Shown here in pieces: positions 19,767 to 28,723 of a DNA stretch of 64,000 nt; the first letter of the stretch is position 1; the number at the start of each line of letters is the position of its first letter. The notes beneath the pieces were generated by a model. That model did not search any database. It was not told the origin of the DNA and worked only from the letters and a program-made list of their open reading frames with translations. The position numbers and the translations under genes were made by a program. The stretch lies in the NCBI GenBank assembly GCA_964534665.1, contig CAZHRT010000001.1, positions 76,037 to 140,036 of the forward strand. Reading direction: 5' to 3'. This stretch comes from an uncultured Methanosarcinales archaeon (lineage in GTDB: Archaea > Nanobdellota > Nanobdellia > Woesearchaeales > JAHJBD01).

Positions 19767-20147
19767 ATGGCACAAACAAAAAAAGAATCATTATTTGTAA
19801 AGGTACCAGAACCTAAGAGTCTAAGAATTAATATTCTAGAAAGCTCTAAAGATATACTAGGTGCTCTAACAAAATATGAAGTTTATAAAAAAACTCGTGA
19901 AGAAAAAAAAGTATTGTTAGAAAAAGTAAGACATACATTAAAAGAAGTCTCAAAAACAATCACAGTATTAAGAAACTCATTACCTAAAATTAATATTAAA
20001 GAAGTTAAACCAATCAAACAAAAATTGCCAGCTATAAAACCTCAAGCACAAGCACCAATGGTAATTAAACCAAGAAAAAAATCAGAACTAGAAAGACTAG
20101 AATCTGAACTTGCTGCAATTGAAAGCAAAATCAATTCAATTGCTTAA
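19767..20147 (+). CDS. Coiled-coil hypothetical protein
   Basis: LFVKVPEPKSLR...ELERLESELAAIESKI. Confidence 0.8.
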   Translation: MAQTKKESLFVKVPEPKSLRINILESSKDILGALTKYEVYKKTREEKKVLLEKVRHTLKEVSKTITVLRNSLPKINIKEVKPIKQKLPAIKPQAQAPMVIKPRKKSELERLESELAAIESKINSIA

Positions 20148-20213
20148 TTCTTTTGATTAAATTTAAATAATATGGTTTAATTCTATTTCTTATCCTATTG
20201 GCCATATTACAAT

Positions 20214-20352
20214 GCGGGGATGCCGGAGTGGCCAATCGGGGTAGACTCAAGGCAATTGAGTGCTGAGTGTTGCTTAGCAATGCGATGAAGAAACTATTTG
20301 TAAGTCATCTACTGGCTTAGTGCCTACGTGGGTTCGAATCCTACTCTCCGCA
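20214..20352 (+). tRNA. tRNA-Leu(CAA) with a 55-nt intron (20252-20306) at 37/38
   Basis: GCGGGGA/TCTCCGC acceptor stem; GTAGA-CT-CAA-G[intron]A-TCTAC; long variable arm; GGTTCGAATCC; followed by a T-tract. Confidence 0.93.
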
Positions 20353-20453
20353 TTTTTTATTTTTCTCGGACTATTGTAATGTTGCACAATTCACCACTTA
20401 GGAGTAATAAATAACCCAAAGATTTATATACTAGTTATTCTTAATTTAAACAT

Positions 20454-20819
20454 ATGACTGAATATAAACCATTAAACCATGATACAATTGCAGAAGCAGT
20501 TAACGTTTACTATACTGCAGCTTTTGATTTGGATATTAATGAATCGCGAAGAAATCAAGATACTAGGGAGATTATCGCTAGCCTTGCAAAATCTCATGAA
20601 GCTGAACCGCGTTGTGGAATTCAAGAAGATCCACAAACAAAAATGACTTGGACCAAGGGACGTTCTTCAAACTTTCCAGGTGCAGATTATAGCATACAAG
20701 TTTGGAGCCCAACATATTATACACCGGGAACTAATGAAAAGTTAAAAGAAAGGATTGAACAAAGAATATGTAAAGTAGTAGAAAAATTAACTGAAGCTAA
20801 CTTTCCTGCCACTTCTTAA
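20454..20819 (+). CDS. Hypothetical protein
   Basis: 121-aa ORF with TATA-like TTTATATA ~30 nt upstream. Confidence 0.65.
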   Translation: MTEYKPLNHDTIAEAVNVYYTAAFDLDINESRRNQDTREIIASLAKSHEAEPRCGIQEDPQTKMTWTKGRSSNFPGADYSIQVWSPTYYTPGTNEKLKERIEQRICKVVEKLTEANFPATS

Positions 20820-20918
20820 AATAATTAATAAAGACAATAACATTTTTAAATCTCAAACTTTGTTTGAGTATTATAAAAACACAGTTTTTATATACATTCT
20901 TCACAATTTCTAATTAAA

Positions 20919-22244
20919 ATGATACAAATAACAGCAATCGGCGGTTACAATGAAGTTGGCAAGAATATGACTGCTGTAAAAATAGATGATGAAATAATTG
21001 TACTAGATATGGGCCTACACCTAGAATCCTATATTAAATTCAGTGATGAAGGTGGCGAAGACCTAATTAAAGTTTCAAGAAAACAACTTAGAACTATTGG
21101 AGCAATACCAGATGATACTGTTCTTAAAGATAAAAACAAAGTTAAAGCAATAATTCCAACTCACGCACATTTAGACCATGTTGGCGCCCTAATATTTATG
21201 GCTAAGAAATACAAAGCACCGATTATATGTACACCTTTTACTCATGAAGTTGTAAGACAAATCTCAGATGATGAAAAAATAAAAATCAATAACCAGTTTA
21301 AAATTCTAAATGTAAATTCCAAAATAAAACTCTCAAATAACATCACTATAGAATTCATCAACATGACCCACTCTACTCCACAAACAGTCATGGTAGCTAT
21401 CCATACAAAATATGGAATAATTATCTATGCAAATGATTTCAAATTTGACAATAATCCAATAATTGGTAAAAAACCTAATTACAAAAGATTAGAAGAACTC
21501 GGTGAAATTGGTGTTAAAGCACTAATATGCGATTCTACAAGGGCAAGAAGGATGGGAAAAACACCCTCAGAATTAATTGCAAGAGAAATGTTAAGAGATG
21601 TTATGTTGGGTGTAAATTCTGAAGGTAAATCAGTTATTGTAACAACTTTCTCATCACATATTGCAAGGCTCAAATCAATTGTAGAATTTGGCAAAAAAAT
21701 GAAACGGGAAGTTATCTTTCTTGGAAGATCATTAGCAAAATATTCAGAAGCTGCTGAAAACGTAGGAATTATTAATTTTTCAAAAGAAGTAGAAATTGTA
21801 AAATATGGTAATAAAATAAGAAAAAAACTAAAACAAATCAGTAAACAGCCTGACAAATATTTACTTGTCGTAACTGGACACCAAGGTGAACCTAAAGCTG
21901 CTTTATCAAAGATGGCAAAAAACCAAATGGATTTCAAATTTAAACCTGAAGATCACGTAATATTTTCATGTACAGTTATTCCATCAAAAACAAACTTGGA
22001 TAACAGAAAATTATTAGAAAAAGAACTTGAAAACAAAGGGATTAGAATATTCAAAGACATCCACGCATCAGGCCATGCTAGTAGAGAAGATCTAAGAGAC
22101 CTATTAAACCTTGTAAAACCAGAACATATCATCCCAGCTCATGGAGATGATAGCATGAAAGAAGCCTTAATCTCACTAGCAAAAGAAAAAGGAAATAGAA
22201 AAATCCACAAACTCCATAATGGAGACACAATAACTATAGAATAA
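20919..22244 (+). CDS. rnj: Ribonuclease J (MBL/beta-CASP)
   Basis: GGYNEVGKNMT; THAHLDHVG; TTFSSHIAR; HASGHA; PAHG. Confidence 0.95.
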   Translation: MIQITAIGGYNEVGKNMTAVKIDDEIIVLDMGLHLESYIKFSDEGGEDLIKVSRKQLRTIGAIPDDTVLKDKNKVKAIIPTHAHLDHVGALIFMAKKYKAPIICTPFTHEVVRQISDDEKIKINNQFKILNVNSKIKLSNNITIEFINMTHSTPQTVMVAIHTKYGIIIYANDFKFDNNPIIGKKPNYKRLEELGEIGVKALICDSTRARRMGKTPSELIAREMLRDVMLGVNSEGKSVIVTTFSSHIARLKSIVEFGKKMKREVIFLGRSLAKYSEAAENVGIINFSKEVEIVKYGNKIRKKLKQISKQPDKYLLVVTGHQGEPKAALSKMAKNQMDFKFKPEDHVIFSCTVIPSKTNLDNRKLLEKELENKGIRIFKDIHASGHASREDLRDLLNLVKPEHIIPAHGDDSMKEALISLAKEKGNRKIHKLHNGDTITIE

Positions 22245-22284
22245 TAAATTATTTAAATAGACTAATCATACCTATTTTGGGGGG

Positions 22285-23037
22285 ATGTACATGAAACTTA
22301 CTTTGGCAGAGCCAACTTATCTAAAAGAAAGCATATCAATCATTTCTGAATTAGTAAACGAAGCAAGATTTAAAGTTAGTAAAGAAGCAATTGAACTAGT
22401 TGCAATGGACCCAGCCAATGTGGCCATGGTTATATTTAAACTATTAAGCAGCTGCTTTACAGAATACAATGTTGAAGAAACAACAGAATTAGCAATAAAC
22501 CTTAACAATCTAAAACAGATATTAAGAAGAGCTAGTTCAAACGACATGGTTACTCTAGAACTTAGTGGAGACAACCAACTAAAAATTCAATTGAAAGGTA
22601 ACACAACTAGAACATTTAATCTACCTATAATTGAACTTGAAGATAAAGAACAAAAAATACCTGATTTATCTTTTCCAACAACAATTATGCTTGCATCAAC
22701 AATATTAAACAGCGCTATAGAAGATGCAGACATTGTTGGTGAATCTGTTTCTTTTGAGTCAGAACCTAAAAAGTTTACAATAAAAGCAGAAGGTGAATTA
22801 TCAGCTGCTAAGATAGAAATTGATGAAAGTGAAGATGTCAAAATCAGTGTTGAAGGAGATTCTAAGATAAAATCAAAATACAGTATTGAATATCTTAAAA
22901 AAATGATGAACGGCTCAAAATTATCTGAAAACGTTTCAATCTACTTTAACAAAGACTACCCATTAAAACTAGAATATAAAGCAATAGACAAAGTTATGTT
23001 AAGTTTTATTTTAGCACCAAGGGTAGAAAACGACTAG
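22285..23037 (+). CDS. pcn: DNA sliding clamp PCNA
   Basis: AMDPANVAMV; SKYSIEYL; FILAPRVE. Confidence 0.97.
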   Translation: MYMKLTLAEPTYLKESISIISELVNEARFKVSKEAIELVAMDPANVAMVIFKLLSSCFTEYNVEETTELAINLNNLKQILRRASSNDMVTLELSGDNQLKIQLKGNTTRTFNLPIIELEDKEQKIPDLSFPTTIMLASTILNSAIEDADIVGESVSFESEPKKFTIKAEGELSAAKIEIDESEDVKISVEGDSKIKSKYSIEYLKKMMNGSKLSENVSIYFNKDYPLKLEYKAIDKVMLSFILAPRVEND

Positions 23038-24407
23038 ATGGCTGTAAATTTTTCTAATTTTTTCTTTGTTTCTTCTAAATCTTTAGGCATCTTATCAGCA
23101 TAATACAAAGCTAATTGGGCAGCATCCTTATTATTAATTTTCCCTTCATTAACAAACCCCTTATTTTTTGCATAACTCAATATTCTATCAGACATAGACT
23201 TTTTATTATCAATCATATCATAAACTGGCCTTATAATTGGGGCGTATCTTTTAGGTGTAACAGACCTAGCAAAGTTAAAAAAACGTTTAACATAATTATA
23301 CATCTCTTTCTTAGAATAACCATCATAAGCACCCCAATATTGAAGTTTGTTTCTTACATAAGAATGTGGTGGTATGTATAAAACATCATTTTCAAGTTTA
23401 AACGCATCTTCTATTCCAAAATCAACAGGCATTACTTCAATAAATTCTCGTTGAATTTTTTTCAAACAAAATTTAAGAAGTACACCAACACCAATAAGAA
23501 TTGAAACAAAATTAACATCCATACCCCTTTGCTCTAACGTACCATGTTTATTAATTTTAATTGGATTCCACCCAATATCTAAATTATAAGGATATAGTTT
23601 AGAGAAATTAACATTAGGTGCTACTTTTTTTACTTCCCTTTTCCATCTATCCCATCTTTTATTTAAACTAGTAAGAATATCTGTTGCTGTTTGTTTATAT
23701 GGGGGTAAGCCACCAAGCTGTTGTAAATTCGCATACACCCCATCCATATACTTTAATTTCTTACCACCACGATAAACTAACATCCTTGTATCTTTTGCAA
23801 AATTTCTACCTTGATAAAATGGTGAAGATTGTGTGAATAATGTTAAAGCCGGGTCTGCCGCAATCTCAAAATTATAAGAAGAAACCATTGTTCGCTTTAA
23901 TTTGCTTTTTTTGTAAAACCTTAATTCTTTCTTTTTCTCATCAAAAACACTTTTAGGTAAAGTATAATGATTATGATACCCAGTAACCCTACAAGTTGTT
24001 TTTGTTTTTTCATCACCAAATATCTTTTGTTTTATCCTATATGTTTGACCATCTTGAATAATGGGATCAAACTTACCTGGATAAGTAGAAAAAGGAAACA
24101 AAGTTAATCCTTTTGATTCACAAATTTCTTGCGCTTTTTGAATGGAATCTATAATATTTAATGCAGGATTATAAGTTTTAATATCAGGATAACATCCAAA
24201 TTCAATCATATTCAAACCTATTTCTTTAGTAACAGGAATATCTGGATACTTTAATTTAAGTTCTGAAATAACTTCTAAAGCCTTATTAGACATTGTACCA
24301 TTAGAATTCAAAATATGAAACTCTGCTTCCTGTCCAGTTTTAGAACGTTTAAGCACTTTTTTCTTATCGCTAAACGATTTATTCACTAATTTCATCTTCA
24401 ATATCAA
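23034..24407 (-). CDS. Glutamate-cysteine ligase-fold (GCS2/YbdK-like) carboxylate-amine ligase
   Basis: GQEAEFHIL, KEIGLNMIEF, GYHNHY, SSPFYQG, GTLEQRGMD match the fold's E-x-E, E, HxH, SPF and ExR motifs. Confidence 0.75.
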   Translation of the reverse strand: MILKMKLVNKSFSDKKKVLKRSKTGQEAEFHILNSNGTMSNKALEVISELKLKYPDIPVTKEIGLNMIEFGCYPDIKTYNPALNIIDSIQKAQEICESKGLTLFPFSTYPGKFDPIIQDGQTYRIKQKIFGDEKTKTTCRVTGYHNHYTLPKSVFDEKKKELRFYKKSKLKRTMVSSYNFEIAADPALTLFTQSSPFYQGRNFAKDTRMLVYRGGKKLKYMDGVYANLQQLGGLPPYKQTATDILTSLNKRWDRWKREVKKVAPNVNFSKLYPYNLDIGWNPIKINKHGTLEQRGMDVNFVSILIGVGVLLKFCLKKIQREFIEVMPVDFGIEDAFKLENDVLYIPPHSYVRNKLQYWGAYDGYSKKEMYNYVKRFFNFARSVTPKRYAPIIRPVYDMIDNKKSMSDRILSYAKNKGFVNEGKINNKDAAQLALYYADKMPKDLEETKKKLEKFTAI

Positions 24408-25458
24408 ATATTTGGGTTAAATCAGAAGATATCTTCTTTATAGACGTCTTTCTAGACCTTTTTGTCTTCTCAAACATATAAAGTTTCTTGTTAACTTCCA
24501 TAGAAAAAATAAATATATTTGGAAACTTTTGATTCAACCATTTAAGAATATATCCACCATGATAAGGTGTATCAAACATAACAGGAGAGTAACCCATAGA
24601 AACCATCTTAGTCTTCATACCCTTTACAATTGGTTTATAGAACTTAGGAATATACCTAGTTCCAAAACTAATGTTAGGTCGTCCTTTAAGATTTTTCATA
24701 GAATGCCCATCAAAAATAATATTAAAATTATAAGAATCAATTAATTTGGATAATGTAAAATAAAATTCTCTATAGCTCTTATACACATCTTCAGATTCAT
24801 GTTTTGTCAAATTTTCTTTCCAAACTATATCTAACCACTCCTCAGAATTATCAGCATATATTGCTCTATCTAACCCACGATTAAAATCAATAACAAACCT
24901 TGATTGTTTACTATCAATCCATATTCCACTTTTTTCTAACACAATTTTACTATAAATCTTATGAGTGTCAAGATCTTCTTCACCATGCCTTTTATTATCA
25001 GGTATACTAAGCTTTTTCTCAATAGATTTAGGAACCCATGTTCCTGAATGAACTGTTAACAATAAGGTATTAAACGAATTCTTTTTGTAATTATCATAAA
25101 TAATAACGCCCCTTTTTGTAATAGTCATCTTAATATCCTTATAATCAGGATAAAGAAACTCAAGATCTTCTTTAACAATAGAATACAACTTTCTATCTAC
25201 AAAGAAATTTTTAAAATACATTTTATTTCTATCACGATAGAATTCATATAATGTTCCTTGTAAAAATTTACCCAAAACCTTATAGCTCTTAAGCAACGCA
25301 ACAAAATTTAAGTAAGGATCTTCTTCAATAAGATTAACAATCCTATTCATCATCCTAAACAAAAAAAATCTTTTAGATAAACCTACAGTAATTGAAGAAT
25401 TTCCTGGCCTAATCAATATAGGACTTATATTCTCAATAACCTCTCTAATTTTATCCAT
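24379..25458 (-). CDS. N-formylglutamate amidohydrolase-family protein with N-terminal extension
   Basis: TVHSGT, EEDLDT, SRFVIDFNR, DGHSM, PYHGG, MEVNK motifs. Confidence 0.85.
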   Translation of the reverse strand: MDKIREVIENISPILIRPGNSSITVGLSKRFFLFRMMNRIVNLIEEDPYLNFVALLKSYKVLGKFLQGTLYEFYRDRNKMYFKNFFVDRKLYSIVKEDLEFLYPDYKDIKMTITKRGVIIYDNYKKNSFNTLLLTVHSGTWVPKSIEKKLSIPDNKRHGEEDLDTHKIYSKIVLEKSGIWIDSKQSRFVIDFNRGLDRAIYADNSEEWLDIVWKENLTKHESEDVYKSYREFYFTLSKLIDSYNFNIIFDGHSMKNLKGRPNISFGTRYIPKFYKPIVKGMKTKMVSMGYSPVMFDTPYHGGYILKWLNQKFPNIFIFSMEVNKKLYMFEKTKRSRKTSIKKISSDLTQIFDIEDEISE

Positions 25459-27232
25459 TTTTCTTAAATATATTAGCAAAAAAACTTAGAATTTTCTTAA
25501 AAAACCCTTGCTTTTCTTGATTATCATCTAATTCAACATTATCTTCTATAACTTCTTCAGTTTCTAATTCTTCTGGTTTAGAATCATCAATATCACCAAC
25601 ATCTTCACCACCAATAGTAAGCGTCTTAACATCTTGAATCTTATATTCATCCCCTTCAAACTCAAAATTAACTAGTGTCTTTAACTCAAACTCATTCCCA
25701 TTATAATCTTCAGGAATAGTTATTGTGTAAGAATATGCTTTTTCTTCTCCAGCAGTATTAAGTGATAACTCAGCAATAAATTCCCCTTCCATCCCATGCC
25801 TTATTTCTGGAGGAATAACTTCAATAACATCAGTATCCACTTGTAAAGATTTAAGATTATTAACAAACACATCTACAGAAAGTTTACTTCCTTTTGATAC
25901 AACACCACTAACTTCTTTTCTAACTTCAAGAACTTTAGGAATAGGAATAACATTAATGGTTTTAACAGCATCAAAATTATACTCAATCTCACCATATATG
26001 TAAGACCCAAACACTTTAACTTCTAATTCCGTTTCAACATCCACTTGAACTGCAACAATGTTCTTAACAACATTATGATTGCTTCCAGGCTTTAATGACT
26101 TACCTTTAGTAATCTCAGACTCATAATTATCACTAACAATCGAAGAATCTATACCAGATATATGTTTATTACCCTTATTTTCTAATTCAATTTCAACATC
26201 AAATGAGTCCCCGCCTTTAATTTTCTCAGGCATTGTAATCTTCGCCCAAACTTCAGATATGCCCACACCAAATGATTCATAAACCTCCCCAGTAAAATCA
26301 CTTTTAAGAATTGTTAAATCAATATTAGAATTTATTTTATGCTCCCCTGCCTTTACAGATTTAATATTCACTATAAACTCTTTTATAGATTCTGAATTCA
26401 TAGTACCAGAATATACATAAGTTTTATCATCTTCTTTTGTAATATCTTGCGACCAACTAATACCTCGAACAAAACTAGGTAACTTAATCTCAAGTCGGTT
26501 AATTTTCATAACAGCAGTTTCTTTATTTTCAACAAAAACGGAATATTTAATCTCTTCACCTGGCGCAGGTGTATTAGTAGATAAGTTATTAGTTATTTCA
26601 TAAGGTACAAAAACAGAAATGGTCTCTAATTCAGATTTTTTTACTATTTTCTCACCTTCGTCCTTATAAGAAATTTCTGCTTTAGATTCAAATTCTGTTA
26701 AAATTAATGGTTTTATTACATAAGTGATTGTTTTTGTATCACCAGCAGTCAAAAAACCTTCAACAAAAATTTTATTACTTTTAGTATTACCCCTAACTAT
26801 CTTAAATTCACTTGGAAAAACATCTTCATAAACAAAATCTCTTGCTGTTGCATCACCTTCATTAGTTAATAAAACCTCTACAGTAACCTCTTCATTTATA
26901 GATGGACTAGTCTTACTAAAAGACCTTTCAATTAAAATATCCGGAGCTTTTGTTCTAACAATAACTTCAACCCCTTCGTCACTATATCCTAAAAAACAAG
27001 ATTTAATCTGACCATACATCTGACATTCATCTATTGCAAGATACCCTCCTGAATTATCTACTGTAACTAAAGCTTCTTCCCTACCAGAATCATATCTTAC
27101 ACCAATTGTAATTCCCTCAACTGTAACTTCATCTTTATTTTCAATTACCCCACTATAGAAAGTTTTTGCACTAACTGTTGATATCAACAATAAAAAAACA
27201 ATAAACAAAATCACCCTTTTCATAATAATCAT
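25451..27232 (-). CDS. Secreted multi-Ig-like (BatD/DUF11/S-layer-like) protein
   Basis: Signal peptide; repeated 'VTVEVLLTNEG'-type beta domains; C-terminal GFFKKILSFFANIF amphipathic tail. Confidence 0.75.
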   Translation of the reverse strand: MIIMKRVILFIVFLLLISTVSAKTFYSGVIENKDEVTVEGITIGVRYDSGREEALVTVDNSGGYLAIDECQMYGQIKSCFLGYSDEGVEVIVRTKAPDILIERSFSKTSPSINEEVTVEVLLTNEGDATARDFVYEDVFPSEFKIVRGNTKSNKIFVEGFLTAGDTKTITYVIKPLILTEFESKAEISYKDEGEKIVKKSELETISVFVPYEITNNLSTNTPAPGEEIKYSVFVENKETAVMKINRLEIKLPSFVRGISWSQDITKEDDKTYVYSGTMNSESIKEFIVNIKSVKAGEHKINSNIDLTILKSDFTGEVYESFGVGISEVWAKITMPEKIKGGDSFDVEIELENKGNKHISGIDSSIVSDNYESEITKGKSLKPGSNHNVVKNIVAVQVDVETELEVKVFGSYIYGEIEYNFDAVKTINVIPIPKVLEVRKEVSGVVSKGSKLSVDVFVNNLKSLQVDTDVIEVIPPEIRHGMEGEFIAELSLNTAGEEKAYSYTITIPEDYNGNEFELKTLVNFEFEGDEYKIQDVKTLTIGGEDVGDIDDSKPEELETEEVIEDNVELDDNQEKQGFFKKILSFFANIFKKNG

Positions 27233-27268
27233 CCTGAATAAAAAAGTATATAAATATATTGATTAAAA

Positions 27269-27697
27269 ATGAGTGTATTGACAGATATAAATATTTTAAA
27301 GGAATGGGCATACAATTACATAAAAAATAAAGATGCTTTTCTAAAAAACATTATTTCAATAGATAATGCACCTACTGGACTACTTGTTAAATACAAAAAT
27401 AAAGACCAAATAATTATAACATCTGAGAAATTAGACATTAAATTATTAAAAAAGAAAAAAGAAAGTGATAATCTATTTATATTTACATACAATACTAAAA
27501 ACAATTTAGAATCATTAATTTCTATGTGGGATTCAATAATTAAATATAAGTCACTTTCAATTTGTTTTGTAAATCAAGAATCAAAACTTGAAAAAAGATG
27601 GATTATCCATCCATATACACATAATAAGATAAGTGAAAGATCAGCATTAAAACAAGGCCTAATGTCATTATTTCAAACAGTCGAAACAAAACATTAA
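27269..27697 (+). CDS. Hypothetical protein
   Basis: 142-aa ORF with WIIHPYTHNKI motif; TATA-like element upstream. Confidence 0.75.
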   Translation: MSVLTDINILKEWAYNYIKNKDAFLKNIISIDNAPTGLLVKYKNKDQIIITSEKLDIKLLKKKKESDNLFIFTYNTKNNLESLISMWDSIIKYKSLSICFVNQESKLEKRWIIHPYTHNKISERSALKQGLMSLFQTVETKH

Positions 27698-27838
27698 AAA
27701 ACCCTGTACTATCCCTTATCAAAGGCCGTACAGTATAAAGGTCTTGAAGGGAGCCCAAACTTTATAATAATGCGCTATGCGCACTTTGATTTTTAGTCTC
27801 CTGTGATCTTTATGTAAACAGGCCTAATCGTCAAGAAA

Positions 27839-28417
27839 TCAGAGTATTAAAAAAAGTACATGTCCAATTGCCCCAGAAAATAAGGGTACCAATAAATTAT
27901 CATCTAATTCTTCAGCAAAAACTTCAACAATAGTTGCAACAAAAGCCATCGCTAAGATTATATAAATATTATTTAAGATAATAAAACCAACAACCAAATT
28001 AATTATAAGTTCTGCTAATCCACCACTAAAAGTTTTATTTTTAAAAATAATTGTCTTACCATACCTTTTACCAATTAACGCTGCACCCATATCACCAAAC
28101 GTTGTCATTAATAAGGCTGCCAACGCAATATGAAACTCAAAAACTGCTAAAGCAATAATTGTACCAGAAATAAAATAAATAACACCATAAGGTCTATTCC
28201 TCTCTTTAGGTCTGATAAATTGTTCAAAAAACGGCGGACAAATTTCAAGCTCTAACCTAAAAAACTCAAATATTAAAAATATGATTAATAAAAAAACTAA
28301 TGCAAGTAACGCAGTAGACTTACCATAAGTTTGCTCAATAAAGAAATATCCAAACAATACAAATAAGATTAACAGATGTACTGCTTTTCTTCCAACTTCA
28401 TGAGCAAATGTCCACAT
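27839..28417 (-). CDS. Polyprenol/phytol/dolichol kinase-family (CTP-dependent) membrane protein
   Basis: RKAVH, FGDMGAALIGKRYG, KTFSG, DDNLLVP. Confidence 0.88.
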   Translation of the reverse strand: MWTFAHEVGRKAVHLLILFVLFGYFFIEQTYGKSTALLALVFLLIIFLIFEFFRLELEICPPFFEQFIRPKERNRPYGVIYFISGTIIALAVFEFHIALAALLMTTFGDMGAALIGKRYGKTIIFKNKTFSGGLAELIINLVVGFIILNNIYIILAMAFVATIVEVFAEELDDNLLVPLFSGAIGHVLFLIL

Positions 28418-28472
28418 TCTAAAGAATAAGATTGCCCCTCTTTGTTTAAAAATGTTTTGAATTAAATAGATA

Positions 28473-28656
28473 TACGGCAGCCGGGACTTTCGACAGTTGG
28501 ATATACAACGTATATCCTAGCTTAGAATCTCTTGCAAGATTTTTGGGCTGTTCTGATTTGAACCCGGGTCCCAAGCTCTTTCCACGAAAGTGGAAAGCCC
28601 AAAAGCTTTGCTTCTCGTGTGGGAAGCTCAGATCATAGCCACTAGACCACTGCCGT
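28473..28656 (-). tRNA. tRNA-Gly(CCC) with two introns: 28578-28619 (42 nt, 37/38) and 28487-28556 (70 nt, T-loop 59/60)
   Basis: ACGGCAG/CTGCCGT acceptor stem; TGAGC-TT-CCC-A[intron]A-GCTTG with a clean BHB (TTCC/GGAA); CCGGG-TTCAAA[intron]T-CCCGG. Confidence 0.9.
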
Positions 28657-28723
28657 ATAAATAATTAATTATATTCACTTATATATTAAGTTTTATAAAA
28701 GCAAAATCATTATTGAGAATAAA

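Noticed and set aside
20252..20306. C/D-box guide RNA inside the tRNA-Leu(CAA) intron (CTGA and CGATGA present)
   Set aside because: Boxes are incomplete and in an unconvincing order, and CTGA is buried in a hairpin.
27738..27756. AAGGTCTTGAAGGGAGC resembling SRP RNA helix 8
   Set aside because: The loop is not GNRA, the stem is weak, and the 140-nt space is too short for an archaeal 7S RNA. Kept only as a generic structured-RNA candidate.
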